Origin: an uncultured virus (IMG/VR IMGVR_UViG_3300013306_000014)
Taxonomy: Duplodnaviria > Heunggongvirae > Uroviricota > Caudoviricetes
Direction: 5' to 3' (one strand)
Length of the DNA: 60,882 nucleotides
IMG/VR virus record: IMGVR_UViG_3300013306_000014
The translations under genes were made by a program, and so were the position numbers. Of this stretch, positions 10,425-19,572 are shown piece by piece (position 1 is the stretch's first letter; every line of letters starts with the position of its first letter). Under the pieces are notes generated by a model. It did not search any database. It worked only from the letters and a program-made list of their open reading frames with translations, and was not told the origin of the DNA.

Positions 10425-10890
10425 CGGTATCCTCACCCTTCTGATTGTCGGAAGTGAGTACGTCGATACCGTCATCCTCATCCCCATCTCTTTCAGGCAT
10501 GATCACATACCGGTTATTGATCTTAAGCTTACTGGTGAACTTAACGCCTCGTGCATCTTCCCGCACAATCGAGATTGTGTAGCTCGCCGATCCAAGAATC
10601 TGGATCGCTGTATCGAGTCGATACCAAGGCACCTTGTCCTTAGCCAGCGCGCGGGTGAGGTTAGACTTCTCTTGGTTAACCTTGATCAGATCGATCTCAC
10701 CCTTACGATTCGTGTACATCTTTTTGTAGTAACGCTCAATGAGCTTGTCCCATTCACCTGGACCTATCCCACTGTTAGCAAGCATATCGCGGAGTAGCTT
10801 AGCCAACGCATGAGAAGTCTCATCGTACTTCTTGTTTGGATCTCGTAGCAATTCCCTGAACGTTGAGTTCTTCGGAGGCTTTGGCATCAA
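10414..10890 (-). CDS. Hypothetical basic protein, possibly DNA-binding
   Basis: 158 aa ORF overlapping the start of the next gene; phage-like codon use. Confidence 0.6.
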   Translation of the reverse strand: MMPKPPKNSTFRELLRDPNKKYDETSHALAKLLRDMLANSGIGPGEWDKLIERYYKKMYTNRKGEIDLIKVNQEKSNLTRALAKDKVPWYRLDTAIQILGSASYTISIVREDARGVKFTSKLKINNRYVIMPERDGDEDDGIDVLTSDNQKGEDTDED

Positions 10891-10955
10891 TGTATCCTTT
10901 GGGCGTGTCCGACCTTACGCGGGAGCGATGGATCGGCAATGAGGACAGATGGTTA

Positions 10956-11465
10956 TTACTTTGCCAGCTTGTGCAACTCGTAACTGGCGTTCAGCACTTC
11001 AACAACATCGCAAACCACAGAATAGAACTCTCTCCGCATGTAACTGTAGTACGGATGGATAACTACTATCTCATGTGATTCAAGTAGGTTATGTATGACC
11101 ATGACCTTTTCGATCACTATATCCAGAACGTCCTGTGGCTGCCTGTAGCCAGCCTTAGTACTGAAATAGTAATCTGGTAAAGGATCGACCCACTTCGTAC
11201 GATCACGGTCGTTCCAGCCATCAGGAACGTCCTCCTCGTTGGCAGTGCAGTGGATCAATGTTTCAAGTTGAGCGAAAAGCTCATCCACATTCACCGACAT
11301 TACCTCAACGGTGATATCGTAATGATGGACACCGATCGGACCAAGCTTAAAGTCCTGCGCATAGTGAGCCATCATCAACATGCGGTCCCACGCATCTTCA
11401 GGCCATTGTGTGGGTAGTAACACCTCCTCGCCTAACAACCATGTCTTTAATCGTTTGAGAAACAT
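10956..11465 (-). CDS. Hypothetical protein
   Basis: 169 aa with GGAGG RBS. Confidence 0.65.
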   Translation of the reverse strand: MFLKRLKTWLLGEEVLLPTQWPEDAWDRMLMMAHYAQDFKLGPIGVHHYDITVEVMSVNVDELFAQLETLIHCTANEEDVPDGWNDRDRTKWVDPLPDYYFSTKAGYRQPQDVLDIVIEKVMVIHNLLESHEIVVIHPYYSYMRREFYSVVCDVVEVLNASYELHKLAK

Positions 11466-11496
11466 AACCCCTCCTTAGAGGGTAAAGGAGATAGAA

Positions 11497-11955
11497 ATGG
11501 AAGAAGATTTTGTAAGTGATGGAGAGATCCTTGAAGGCGAGCTACTCCATGCCAAAGTTCCAGTAACGTCAGCATCGACAGACCCAAGCGATGTCCTCAA
11601 GTTTACTCAAGGACTTCGTTATCGGATCGTCGATGATCTGCTCGGTGAAGAACGGCGAATCCCGGCTGACATCAAAGACCTGACCAGCGTTCTTCGTGAC
11701 ATGGACAAGGCCGCCCTGACCACGCGTGAACTCGACATCGCTGAAAGTGATTCGACTGACGGTCGTCTGGTTATCGACACCTTCCGCCAACTCAAGCAGA
11801 TGATGGGTCAAGACGCAGATAACCGACCAGTCAAGCCACGTACCCGTTCGCCACTGGATGTCAACGCACTCCCAACAGTATCGTTCATTGAAGGTGAAGA
11901 TGCTCAGGGTGAGAACATCCTCAACATCTCGAACTTTGTAACTGCTGAAGAATAA
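11497..11955 (+). CDS. Hypothetical acidic protein, possibly virion-associated
   Basis: 152 aa with strong AAGGAG RBS. Confidence 0.7.
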   Translation: MEEDFVSDGEILEGELLHAKVPVTSASTDPSDVLKFTQGLRYRIVDDLLGEERRIPADIKDLTSVLRDMDKAALTTRELDIAESDSTDGRLVIDTFRQLKQMMGQDADNRPVKPRTRSPLDVNALPTVSFIEGEDAQGENILNISNFVTAEE

Positions 11956-12646
11956 ACGGGTTGTAACAAGCCCACGACGTTGGGATGAAGTGCAAGGCCA
12001 GGAACTTAACCAGATACGCAGACCGTGTAGCGAATGGGTCTCTGATTTGTTGATCTGGCTTTGGCACATTACCCGACGTCGAGATTCGAGGCGTGATCAT
12101 CGTCACCAGCGGAATGCGTTTGTCGATTACGCTCTGAGTGTTTGGACCAAGCCAATCCTCATGGTTGTAATACGCCATCAGCTCGTAACTGTTGTCGACA
12201 TACGTTGCACTCAAATCCTCAGGAGCGAGTCTAACGATGTTGACGACAGCCGGCCACTGGAAGTAATGCTCCATCGATGCACGGATAACATCCGCTTCAT
12301 GGGCTTCCAGATTGTAGGGATAGACATTGATATCCACCTCGATGGACTCGATGTCTACCTTACGATCGATGCGGGTCAACCCCTCATTGATGTCTTTTCG
12401 GAAATGATAGACGAAGTCTGTCATCTTCGAGTGGAAGAGGGTTTCTGAGTCACGAGCAGCATAAAGAGCTTTGTACTGCTCACGGTCAATAGCCCCGTTG
12501 GTAATTAGGTCGAAATGATCATCCGTCCGGTCACGATACAGATTGGTAAGCACGAGCGCATCGGCGAGTTTTTCGTCGATGCGCTTGAGTGTGCCGTACC
12601 GAGTATCCAGGATCATATCGATGTCGATAAGCGCCCTTTGTCTCAT
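11921..12646 (-). CDS. Conserved phiKZ-like protein (gp147-like) with HAD-like N-terminal motif
   Basis: 241 aa; N-terminal LIDIDMILDTR; located in the vRNAP-betaC/uvsX operon; GAGG RBS. Confidence 0.6.
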   Translation of the reverse strand: MRQRALIDIDMILDTRYGTLKRIDEKLADALVLTNLYRDRTDDHFDLITNGAIDREQYKALYAARDSETLFHSKMTDFVYHFRKDINEGLTRIDRKVDIESIEVDINVYPYNLEAHEADVIRASMEHYFQWPAVVNIVRLAPEDLSATYVDNSYELMAYYNHEDWLGPNTQSVIDKRIPLVTMITPRISTSGNVPKPDQQIRDPFATRSAYLVKFLALHFIPTSWACYNPFILQQLQSSRC

Positions 12647-12660
12647 TGAGAACCTCGGAG

Positions 12661-13128
12661 TTAACCTTTAGCAGCTTCGTTCTTTAATGCCGTCAATACG
12701 CGCATCAGATCGGTCATCGACATCAGGTAGACGAAAGCCGCCCACTTGTTGTAATTGATGTTCTCACGATACGTATCGACAGTGGCAGCCATCTCACGTA
12801 GTGAGTCAGGCGTACCGGCAGCGTCTTTCACCCACGCCAGAGTTCTGGCCAGAGGACCGGCGATTTCATTGTTGAAGGCGGTGTCATCCACCTCAGCAAG
12901 GAACATAAACTCGCCAGTCATGTTCATCAGAACTTCCATGAACTCAGGATCACTGACGTCCGTCTGGACCTCGATGAAATCCCAAAGCTTCAAGCAACCT
13001 GCTTTAGAGTGCAGGGAAGTCCGGAAGTTGATCTGTAGCTTCGCGGCCGTGGCGAGAGTCTGCATCGAACCGATGCGTTCAGGCGTACTGCAATACCTGA
13101 ACACGATATCGGTAATCAGCTTCATCAT
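12661..13128 (-). CDS. Hypothetical protein (gp148-like position); start uncertain (13128 or 13152)
   Basis: ORF immediately downstream of the vRNAP subunit stop codon (TGA-A-ATG). Confidence 0.6.
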   Translation of the reverse strand: MMKLITDIVFRYCSTPERIGSMQTLATAAKLQINFRTSLHSKAGCLKLWDFIEVQTDVSDPEFMEVLMNMTGEFMFLAEVDDTAFNNEIAGPLARTLAWVKDAAGTPDSLREMAATVDTYRENINYNKWAAFVYLMSMTDLMRVLTALKNEAAKG

Positions 13129-13129
13129 T

Positions 13130-13867
13130 TCAGAGCGTGTCGGGCATGGCATCGGCAGGCACCTTAGTACTTGGATCGAGGTTGTTACCAATGTGCATGC
13201 AATTAAAGATAATCGATGCAGTCTTGGTAGATTTAGCGATACCCAACCCGTCCAACTGTGCGTAGCTGACCTCACCCGTCTCGATAAGCAGACGTTTGTA
13301 CTCGCGATAACCTGCGGTGTCACCACCACGGATCTTCACGAATTCAAGCATCGTGTTGTCAAGACCACGAGACAGGAGCGCCACACCCTCAGGAGAGGAG
13401 ATACGGCTGCCCTTAGACTCGCTTGTAGGCTGCTCGGTCAGGTCGTCGATACGTTGGTTATGCTCAGGGATAGATCGCTTCTTAGCGACCGTCTGAGCCT
13501 GTCGACGCACTGGAAGATCGAGAACCGGATACGCGTGCGGAGTGACGTACTGCAAACCCGTTGAAGGGTCAGTCATTACCAGACGGTGATCCAAGCTACG
13601 TCCCATGCCTTTCGCGATCTGGTAGTTGCGGGCAATACTTACCCGCTTACCTGAGAGGTTAGGAACGTAGAATGGAATCCACTCGCGGTTAGCGATGTCT
13701 TCCTGAGTTTTGACGGGCTTGAGCTTACGCAAGTAACTCTCAAACTCGTCATCATTCATTGCCTCGAGTTTTTCCCTGAAGATCTTCACGTTCGTATCGT
13801 CGCCGGGAATGATGGACGCGATTCGCTCCAACATCTTTTCCGTGACTTTCTTACGTTTAGCGTTCAT
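13130..13867 (-). CDS. Virion RNA polymerase beta subunit, C-terminal part (phiKZ gp149-like)
   Basis: LPVRRQAQ...IDDLTEQPTSESKGSRISSPE...LEFVKIRGGD parallels the beta C-terminal motif (xQP..G....G.R.G.ME...E....K.DD); size and synteny with uvsX fit. Confidence 0.85.
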   Translation of the reverse strand: MNAKRKKVTEKMLERIASIIPGDDTNVKIFREKLEAMNDDEFESYLRKLKPVKTQEDIANREWIPFYVPNLSGKRVSIARNYQIAKGMGRSLDHRLVMTDPSTGLQYVTPHAYPVLDLPVRRQAQTVAKKRSIPEHNQRIDDLTEQPTSESKGSRISSPEGVALLSRGLDNTMLEFVKIRGGDTAGYREYKRLLIETGEVSYAQLDGLGIAKSTKTASIIFNCMHIGNNLDPSTKVPADAMPDTL

Positions 13868-13873
13868 GTGGAA

Positions 13874-14155
13874 TTAGCCCTCGGGAAGATTGAAACGCAC
13901 CAGAGTCGGCAGGACGTGAGTCTCGAAATACTTCAGCCAATACACTGGCGCGATATCGTTTCGCAGACACTCACACTCGTCCAGTGTAGAGATCCGGATT
14001 TTGCTCAACTCGTGACGGAAGTACTTGTTGAGAGCCCGGAGTTCGTCTTCTTCTGTCTCCGCGTTCACATGGAACGTGGCATTAAAGTTAGCCGCGAGTT
14101 TCGCGTTCTGATTAGACAGCAGGTCGCTGACCTTCGTAACCAGTGAATTGGCCAT
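13874..14155 (-). CDS. Hypothetical protein (93 aa)
   Basis: Between uvsX and the vRNAP gene; AGGA RBS. Confidence 0.65.
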   Translation of the reverse strand: MANSLVTKVSDLLSNQNAKLAANFNATFHVNAETEEDELRALNKYFRHELSKIRISTLDECECLRNDIAPVYWLKYFETHVLPTLVRFNLPEG

Positions 14156-14159
14156 GATG

Positions 14160-15656
14160 TTATTTTCCTGTTGATTCCTTTGGAACCACACACTCAGCGA
14201 CTACGGCAATGTCAACTGGCTCTGGGAGTCCCATTTCTTTACGTGATTTTGGATACCAGTAAGGGTGATACCGACCGGCCCGGATACGAAGGAGGTCCAT
14301 AGCGGATGTGAACGGAATGTCCTTACCGGCTTCGATTGGCATGAACCAATAGCGAGAATCCAGCAGCGCATCCCAATCGTACCCCATGGCCTTGATTTCT
14401 TCATACAACTGCGCCGGAGTGCAGCGTAGTTCGTCATCGAACTCAGTCCAGTACGTGAACATCCAGTACAGAGTTACGAGAATGTAAGCCGCGTGTTGTA
14501 GGCGTGGGTTCTCGCGGAACTTCTGACGAACGTTGGTCCGTTGCAGTTTGATGTCAGGGCAGAGCGACAGCGTGTAGTTGCGGTCGTTACCTTCGAAACC
14601 AAACTTGGCACCTTCTTCTTTCAGGAAGACGAAGTTGGACATGTACGGCAGGAAGCCGTCCTTCTGAGAAATAACCAGAGGGATAGGAACGCCTGAGATG
14701 CCGAACTTGCCACGCTGGTTGGTAACCTTGATCTCGATCAGGTCGGTCTGCTTATCCTCGTCACCCGGCTCGTACGGGTACTCTGGCATTGCATCCTTAC
14801 CGCTGCCGTTCAACATCGGCGAGAAGTGAGTGATGATGTAGCAGTTGCCGGTCTGGAACGAGAAGTTCTCAGGTACGCGCTTGAGCTTGATATCGCCCTT
14901 CAGCCACTTCAACGTTTTGATAGTTGGAGAGCGTGGGTCAAGCTGATACGAGGCGCCGACGTGTGCGGTGCCAAGGAAGTAGATCGCATGTCGAGCGGCG
15001 AGGTCGTTGATCTGGTCAACGATCTGACTCTTACCGCTGTTGACGCGCATAGCCAGCATGTTCAAGTCTTTGGTGCCGACTTCGTTCTCTGCGAGCATCG
15101 CCACGGCGTTCTCTGCTTTGAGACCGGAGAAGGAGTCACAGAACTCGATCACTGGGTTGAAGTACTCGTACGGCTTACCGTCATGAGGGTTCAGGATTTC
15201 CAGCTCAACACGCTTCTCTTCTTTGAAGCGTTGTTTAGCGAACTTCTTGACCAGCTCGAACCATTGAGTACCATCGTAGTCAACGGAGTTGGTGAAGAAC
15301 ATCCGGCCTTCAGACATCAGGCATTCAGGAACACGGTTGTACTTCGATGGAGCACCCATACCCAAACGGGTAAGACGTTCGACACGTTCGGCCACCATGG
15401 TGGTTTCAGTATCATGTACGTGAAGTGCAGCATCAGGGAAAGCGCGCAGTACCGCACCGCAGCAACCGGCTGCGATGGTGGACTTACCCATGTTTGGCAA
15501 TGCAGCAATAGACCAGAACAGGGCGAAACCGCCGTTCAAGATCATTTGTCCTTTGTGGCCCTTTACCCAGCTACCCGACGAGATGTCAAGGACAGTGCCG
15601 GCGTTTGGCATTGGGTAGAACGCTGGCGCGGGTTTCCAGAGAGATGCGTAAGACAT
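14160..15656 (-). CDS. uvsX: UvsX/RecA-like recombinase (phiKZ gp152-like)
   Basis: Walker A ALPNMGKST, HDTE catalytic Glu region, Walker B-like FCDSFS; GGAG RBS. Confidence 0.85.
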   Translation of the reverse strand: MSYASLWKPAPAFYPMPNAGTVLDISSGSWVKGHKGQMILNGGFALFWSIAALPNMGKSTIAAGCCGAVLRAFPDAALHVHDTETTMVAERVERLTRLGMGAPSKYNRVPECLMSEGRMFFTNSVDYDGTQWFELVKKFAKQRFKEEKRVELEILNPHDGKPYEYFNPVIEFCDSFSGLKAENAVAMLAENEVGTKDLNMLAMRVNSGKSQIVDQINDLAARHAIYFLGTAHVGASYQLDPRSPTIKTLKWLKGDIKLKRVPENFSFQTGNCYIITHFSPMLNGSGKDAMPEYPYEPGDEDKQTDLIEIKVTNQRGKFGISGVPIPLVISQKDGFLPYMSNFVFLKEEGAKFGFEGNDRNYTLSLCPDIKLQRTNVRQKFRENPRLQHAAYILVTLYWMFTYWTEFDDELRCTPAQLYEEIKAMGYDWDALLDSRYWFMPIEAGKDIPFTSAMDLLRIRAGRYHPYWYPKSRKEMGLPEPVDIAVVAECVVPKESTGK

Positions 15657-15759
15657 GTCCTGCTCCGTTGATAATTTCACACAACATACACACGTTGCGT
15701 AAATAAATAGACTCTGCTATGGGTTTACCTAATTTTGCACTCTGAGGGAGCATCTGCTC

Positions 15760-16620
15760 ATGTCGAAAGTTAACAAGACGCTGGCTGACTACACGTCTGA
15801 ATCCGCTAGCACCCTTCCAAGCTTGATCGAAGAAGGCAGCATGCTGTCCACCGAGTCGAAAGCTCTGGCCTTCCTGTCCGGTCTTGCGACCACCTTCAAG
15901 AGCTACATCGAAAACTTCACCACGTACTGCAACGGCCTGAAGCTTGGCAACTACGTCAAGCAGAAGATCGACACCGAAGAACTGAAGGAAGTTCTGGTTG
16001 GTAAAGACTACCAGAAGACCCGCGGTATCTACGTTGCCGTTCCACCAGGCTTCAGCGGTCAGTGGGTGCCTTTCCTGCGCTTCCTGATCGAGACCATCCT
16101 CCCAGCTGTTGAAACCACTGAGATCACTCTCAAGGCGGTCAACACCAAGCTGGCGGTTGCTCTCAATGAACCTGATCGCCTGAAGGCACAATCGGGTATC
16201 AGGGATCTGGCGAAGAACCTCGCGCTGATTCCACAGGAAGACTTTGACAAGATCAAAGACTACTTCCAGAACGGCGGTCGTAACCAGACTACACTCGGCA
16301 AAGTAGTCGAGCGTAATGCTGATATCGAAGAAGCGTTCATCCTGATCAACAAACTGAATGCTGACGTCGGTGCGGTAGACTTCGTCAATATCCAGAAGCT
16401 GATCAACCGTCTGGTGGTTCTGGTTACGGAACTGCGTAAAGAGCTGGACGGCAAAGATGGCGATGAGATGTCCGGCCTCGTTACTTCCCAGCTTTCTGAC
16501 CTGTTCTACAAGGTCGGCATTACCGTTACCGCAGGTGCTGTATTGGTCGATATGACTGAACAGTTCACCAGCGCCATGACGAATGCTCGTGACGATATTG
16601 TCGTCGCATTGAAGTCATAA
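15760..16620 (+). CDS. Virion (internal head) protein, gp153-like
   Basis: 286 aa between uvsX and RNase H on the opposite strand; S-T-E prohead-protease-type motif near the N-terminus; GGGAG RBS; TATG at 15718. Confidence 0.65.
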   Translation: MSKVNKTLADYTSESASTLPSLIEEGSMLSTESKALAFLSGLATTFKSYIENFTTYCNGLKLGNYVKQKIDTEELKEVLVGKDYQKTRGIYVAVPPGFSGQWVPFLRFLIETILPAVETTEITLKAVNTKLAVALNEPDRLKAQSGIRDLAKNLALIPQEDFDKIKDYFQNGGRNQTTLGKVVERNADIEEAFILINKLNADVGAVDFVNIQKLINRLVVLVTELRKELDGKDGDEMSGLVTSQLSDLFYKVGITVTAGAVLVDMTEQFTSAMTNARDDIVVALKS

Positions 16621-16622
16621 GG

Positions 16623-16664
16623 GCATATACACTCCCCAGCAGTTGTCTGCTGGGGAGTGTATGC
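16623..16664. terminator. Bidirectional stem-loop
   Basis: 16-bp stem ATACACTCCCCAGCAG/CTGCTGGGGAGTGTAT between convergent genes. Confidence 0.85.
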
Positions 16665-16667
16665 TGC

Positions 16668-17084
16668 TCACACCGTTTTGACGCTACGGAAGATCGCCTC
16701 AACGTCCCGAAGGAGCAACTCGTCACTGTCGTAGCGTACCCAAGAGGGCGCGCAACGCATCAGCTCGGTAACTGCATCTTCGATCCGAATCTTCCGTTGT
16801 CTGTAGCGAGTATGAATGGTCGCGAGGTCGATCTTACCCCAGACCATCTTGCTCATGGCCGCAGGGAACAATAACGCTTTCGACCTCATAACTAACTTGA
16901 ACCGATCATTCAACTCTTCCATCGCACAAGCGGTGGGTTTGTCGATATGATTCATCCAGCACCACAGCGATGTAACGAAGATAAATCGCTTTATGCTGTG
17001 CTTCGGACTTAGTTCACCATCATTGACTGGATGATGTTGTACAACTACCGGATAATTACCCGATGCCAGTCTGTCGACGTTCAT
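16668..17084 (-). CDS. Hypothetical protein
   Basis: 138 aa; GAGG RBS; downstream of RNase H. Confidence 0.65.
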   Translation of the reverse strand: MNVDRLASGNYPVVVQHHPVNDGELSPKHSIKRFIFVTSLWCWMNHIDKPTACAMEELNDRFKLVMRSKALLFPAAMSKMVWGKIDLATIHTRYRQRKIRIEDAVTELMRCAPSWVRYDSDELLLRDVEAIFRSVKTV

Positions 17085-17101
17085 TAGTGAGACCTCTACG
17101 A

Positions 17102-18589
17102 TCAGTTAGTCTTCTGCTTGATCGTGTGATAGTAGATGTTTGATGCTGTCCGTGCCCAAATGCCGACATCACCAGACAACAGCTCTACCATGGTAGCGTA
17201 ACGTCCTACGTTATCAGATTCCCTCCAGCACACTACTTTAACGGACTTAACGTCCTCTGCCAGAGCCGCCAACTGGTTCCGTGTCAGTATATCGCCACCC
17301 AAGACCAAACGCACTTTACCGATGAACGGTTTGGGTTCATCCTTAGCTTTCTCCAAGTTGAATGTCACCCCTACATCGAGGTATTTGACAATTTGGGAAA
17401 TACTCGGCTTGAGTTTCCGGACGACTTTCTTATCGCCCTTCTCCTCATAGAGTAAGTCCGTAATGTCGGTGAGGACGTAGTAATCATCACCTTCAAGGAC
17501 TCCATCTAGAACCCTGCTCATGCCGTCCCAAGACTGCACACCCCTGAAACCTAAGCCTGCTGGCCGCATCTCCACCAGTACTGGAACGTCCTTGGAATCG
17601 AGCAAGTCGACGCCTTTCTTGGACGGATACAGGAAGGTAGTGTTGTAGTCAGAAAGCTCTTTGTACGTCTTGGGAGAGAAGATTGCATCCAAGTGTGCAA
17701 TCACAATAGCGCCGTACTGCTTGGCGTCTTTTGCGATAGCTGTGAGACGCAAGGTTTCCATTACTGGATCAGGTTCTTTGACCCGTACCACGCCAAGGAA
17801 GTTGTCAGCGTACGGTTTGCCGTACAGTTCGTCTTCCTTATCCTTCGTGCCATGCGAACCAACGTAGTAGACAGTTGTGCCGTCTGCTCGTTTGTACTCG
17901 AGATCGTTTGTTGCGAAATACCAACGAGGGGCTTGGAGAATACGCGGGATGACGTTCTTGTTACCCCAATACCCTTGAGCGACTTTACGATCGCGGATGA
18001 TCGTATCGTCCTTCTTCGTTCCTAACACCAAACCTCTCCCGGCGTGGGAGTCAGCGATGGTGTTGCCCATTTCCCCATTGTGAGCCTTGACGTGGTTCAT
18101 CTCAATGGAGATCTTCGACTTCAGGTCATCCCAGACCTCTTTGTACTTTTCCCACAGAGGACGATACTTAATCGGACCGCCTTTCTTGTTAAGCCACTTA
18201 CCACCCTCTGCCCATGCTGGTAGGAAGTCAGTACCCTTCACTACAAACATCGAATCGCTGAGCAATACCGCTTTGACGATCTCAGGGTTTTCTTGAAGCC
18301 ACAGCAATGCACGATACATCGCTTCGAGTTCGACCTCGTTGTTGCTCCCGTAATCCCGGCGACCACCAATCAGATCGATGTACTCGATCGGAGTGACCTT
18401 GTTACCCACGCTGTTGTCACCGAGATAACCTTTGTCAGAAGGCACTGCTTTCGGATTACCCGTGCCTTTCTTTGGAGCTTCATCGATGAAGGTGTAACCG
18501 TGAACACCCCAACCGCCGATACGTTTATCGGCTAAGAAACCGCCGTCCGTATAAAGGACCGCTCCAGTTGCTACTGGTGTATCAGCCAT
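17102..18589 (-). CDS. rnhA: Ribonuclease HI with long C-terminal extension (phiKZ gp155-like)
   Basis: LYTDGG, SNNEVELEA, LSDSMFV, HVKAHNGEMGNTIADSHA catalytic motifs. Confidence 0.92.
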   Translation of the reverse strand: MADTPVATGAVLYTDGGFLADKRIGGWGVHGYTFIDEAPKKGTGNPKAVPSDKGYLGDNSVGNKVTPIEYIDLIGGRRDYGSNNEVELEAMYRALLWLQENPEIVKAVLLSDSMFVVKGTDFLPAWAEGGKWLNKKGGPIKYRPLWEKYKEVWDDLKSKISIEMNHVKAHNGEMGNTIADSHAGRGLVLGTKKDDTIIRDRKVAQGYWGNKNVIPRILQAPRWYFATNDLEYKRADGTTVYYVGSHGTKDKEDELYGKPYADNFLGVVRVKEPDPVMETLRLTAIAKDAKQYGAIVIAHLDAIFSPKTYKELSDYNTTFLYPSKKGVDLLDSKDVPVLVEMRPAGLGFRGVQSWDGMSRVLDGVLEGDDYYVLTDITDLLYEEKGDKKVVRKLKPSISQIVKYLDVGVTFNLEKAKDEPKPFIGKVRLVLGGDILTRNQLAALAEDVKSVKVVCWRESDNVGRYATMVELLSGDVGIWARTASNIYYHTIKQKTN

Positions 18590-18653
18590 TCTTGAATTCC
18601 TTAAGAGGTACGCCTAGAGTATTGGTCAGTTTTGTATCTTTTGAATCAACCAC

Positions 18654-19034
18654 TCACGGAGTACCACTTACCGTACATTTGTAATCAGCCATCACGCGCT
18701 TGAGCTCACCGCGCAACAGCTTGATGTGTTCGTACAACGCATCCACTACAGCTGGGTCGTCGTCTGGAGAGAGACTACTGAGATCCGGTAGGTCAGGGAT
18801 CTTGTATGTCTCGATAACAGCCAGCTCCATGCGTTCGCACTTCTCAGCATTATCGGTGACTTTGCGCGCTTGCTTCTTTTGCACCGGCTGAGATTTAATG
18901 TGCTGCACTTGAGGCGCAGGGCTCTCAACCGTATAAATGACGATCGATGTACTTGGAATCACCGGCGTGCATGATCCCAAGAGAAGCAATGGAAGTTGCA
19001 ACATCAGACGCATATTTAGACGTAAGTTCAACAT
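18654..19034 (-). CDS. Lipoprotein, candidate o-spanin (Rz1-like)
   Basis: Signal peptide with lipobox LLLGS|C, Pro-rich mature part with extra Cys residues; directly follows a membrane/coiled-coil gene. Confidence 0.6.
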   Translation of the reverse strand: MLNLRLNMRLMLQLPLLLLGSCTPVIPSTSIVIYTVESPAPQVQHIKSQPVQKKQARKVTDNAEKCERMELAVIETYKIPDLPDLSSLSPDDDPAVVDALYEHIKLLRGELKRVMADYKCTVSGTP

Positions 19035-19036
19035 GG

Positions 19037-19459
19037 TTATTTACCGTTATCATCGAGACTCTTCAGACGCGACGAGGCGTAGTCCTTTAGGGACTTACCT
19101 TTCTTGCCTTCGCTCGCTACGTTGGTGGTTGGATGGTGATTCCCCTGACTGTTATCAGGTTGCACCGGTCGGCAGAGTTTAAGTTGATCTTCAAGCTCCT
19201 TGATCCGTTTATTCGCATCTTCCAGATGTGGTGTGGTGAAAGCACCCGACTCTTTCATCGCTTCGAGTTCTTTATTCTTTACGGATAAGACATCGACGAC
19301 GGCGAGGAACAGGATGAACACCAGGACTAAGATAGACAACAAGAAGGTAGCCGTCTTGTTATCGCCGACGAATGCTTTTAAAGTCTTATCTCGCAGAAGA
19401 ATTTCTTTCAGAAAAGGAAATAAGGACTTTAGTAAAAGTAGCAGGGTCGAGAGTGCCAC
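19037..19459 (-). CDS. Membrane protein with coiled coil, candidate i-spanin (Rz-like)
   Basis: TM segment TFLLSILVLVFILFLAVV followed by a heptad-rich region (LEDANKRIKELEDQLKLC). Confidence 0.55.
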   Translation of the reverse strand: MALSTLLLLLKSLFPFLKEILLRDKTLKAFVGDNKTATFLLSILVLVFILFLAVVDVLSVKNKELEAMKESGAFTTPHLEDANKRIKELEDQLKLCRPVQPDNSQGNHHPTTNVASEGKKGKSLKDYASSRLKSLDDNGK

Positions 19460-19572
19460 TACGATAGTCCCCTAAAGTTCTTGAAAAATAATATAGTTCC
19501 AGGCTACATGGTGTAAGTTTTTACATCACTTACGGTCATACCTTTCGCCGCTCGCAAACCGAGGTATTAACA

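Noticed and set aside
13130..13867. Short RNAP beta fragments (also 52912-54564) as pseudogenes
   Set aside because: Split beta/beta' subunits are the normal architecture of phiKZ-like vRNAP and nvRNAP.
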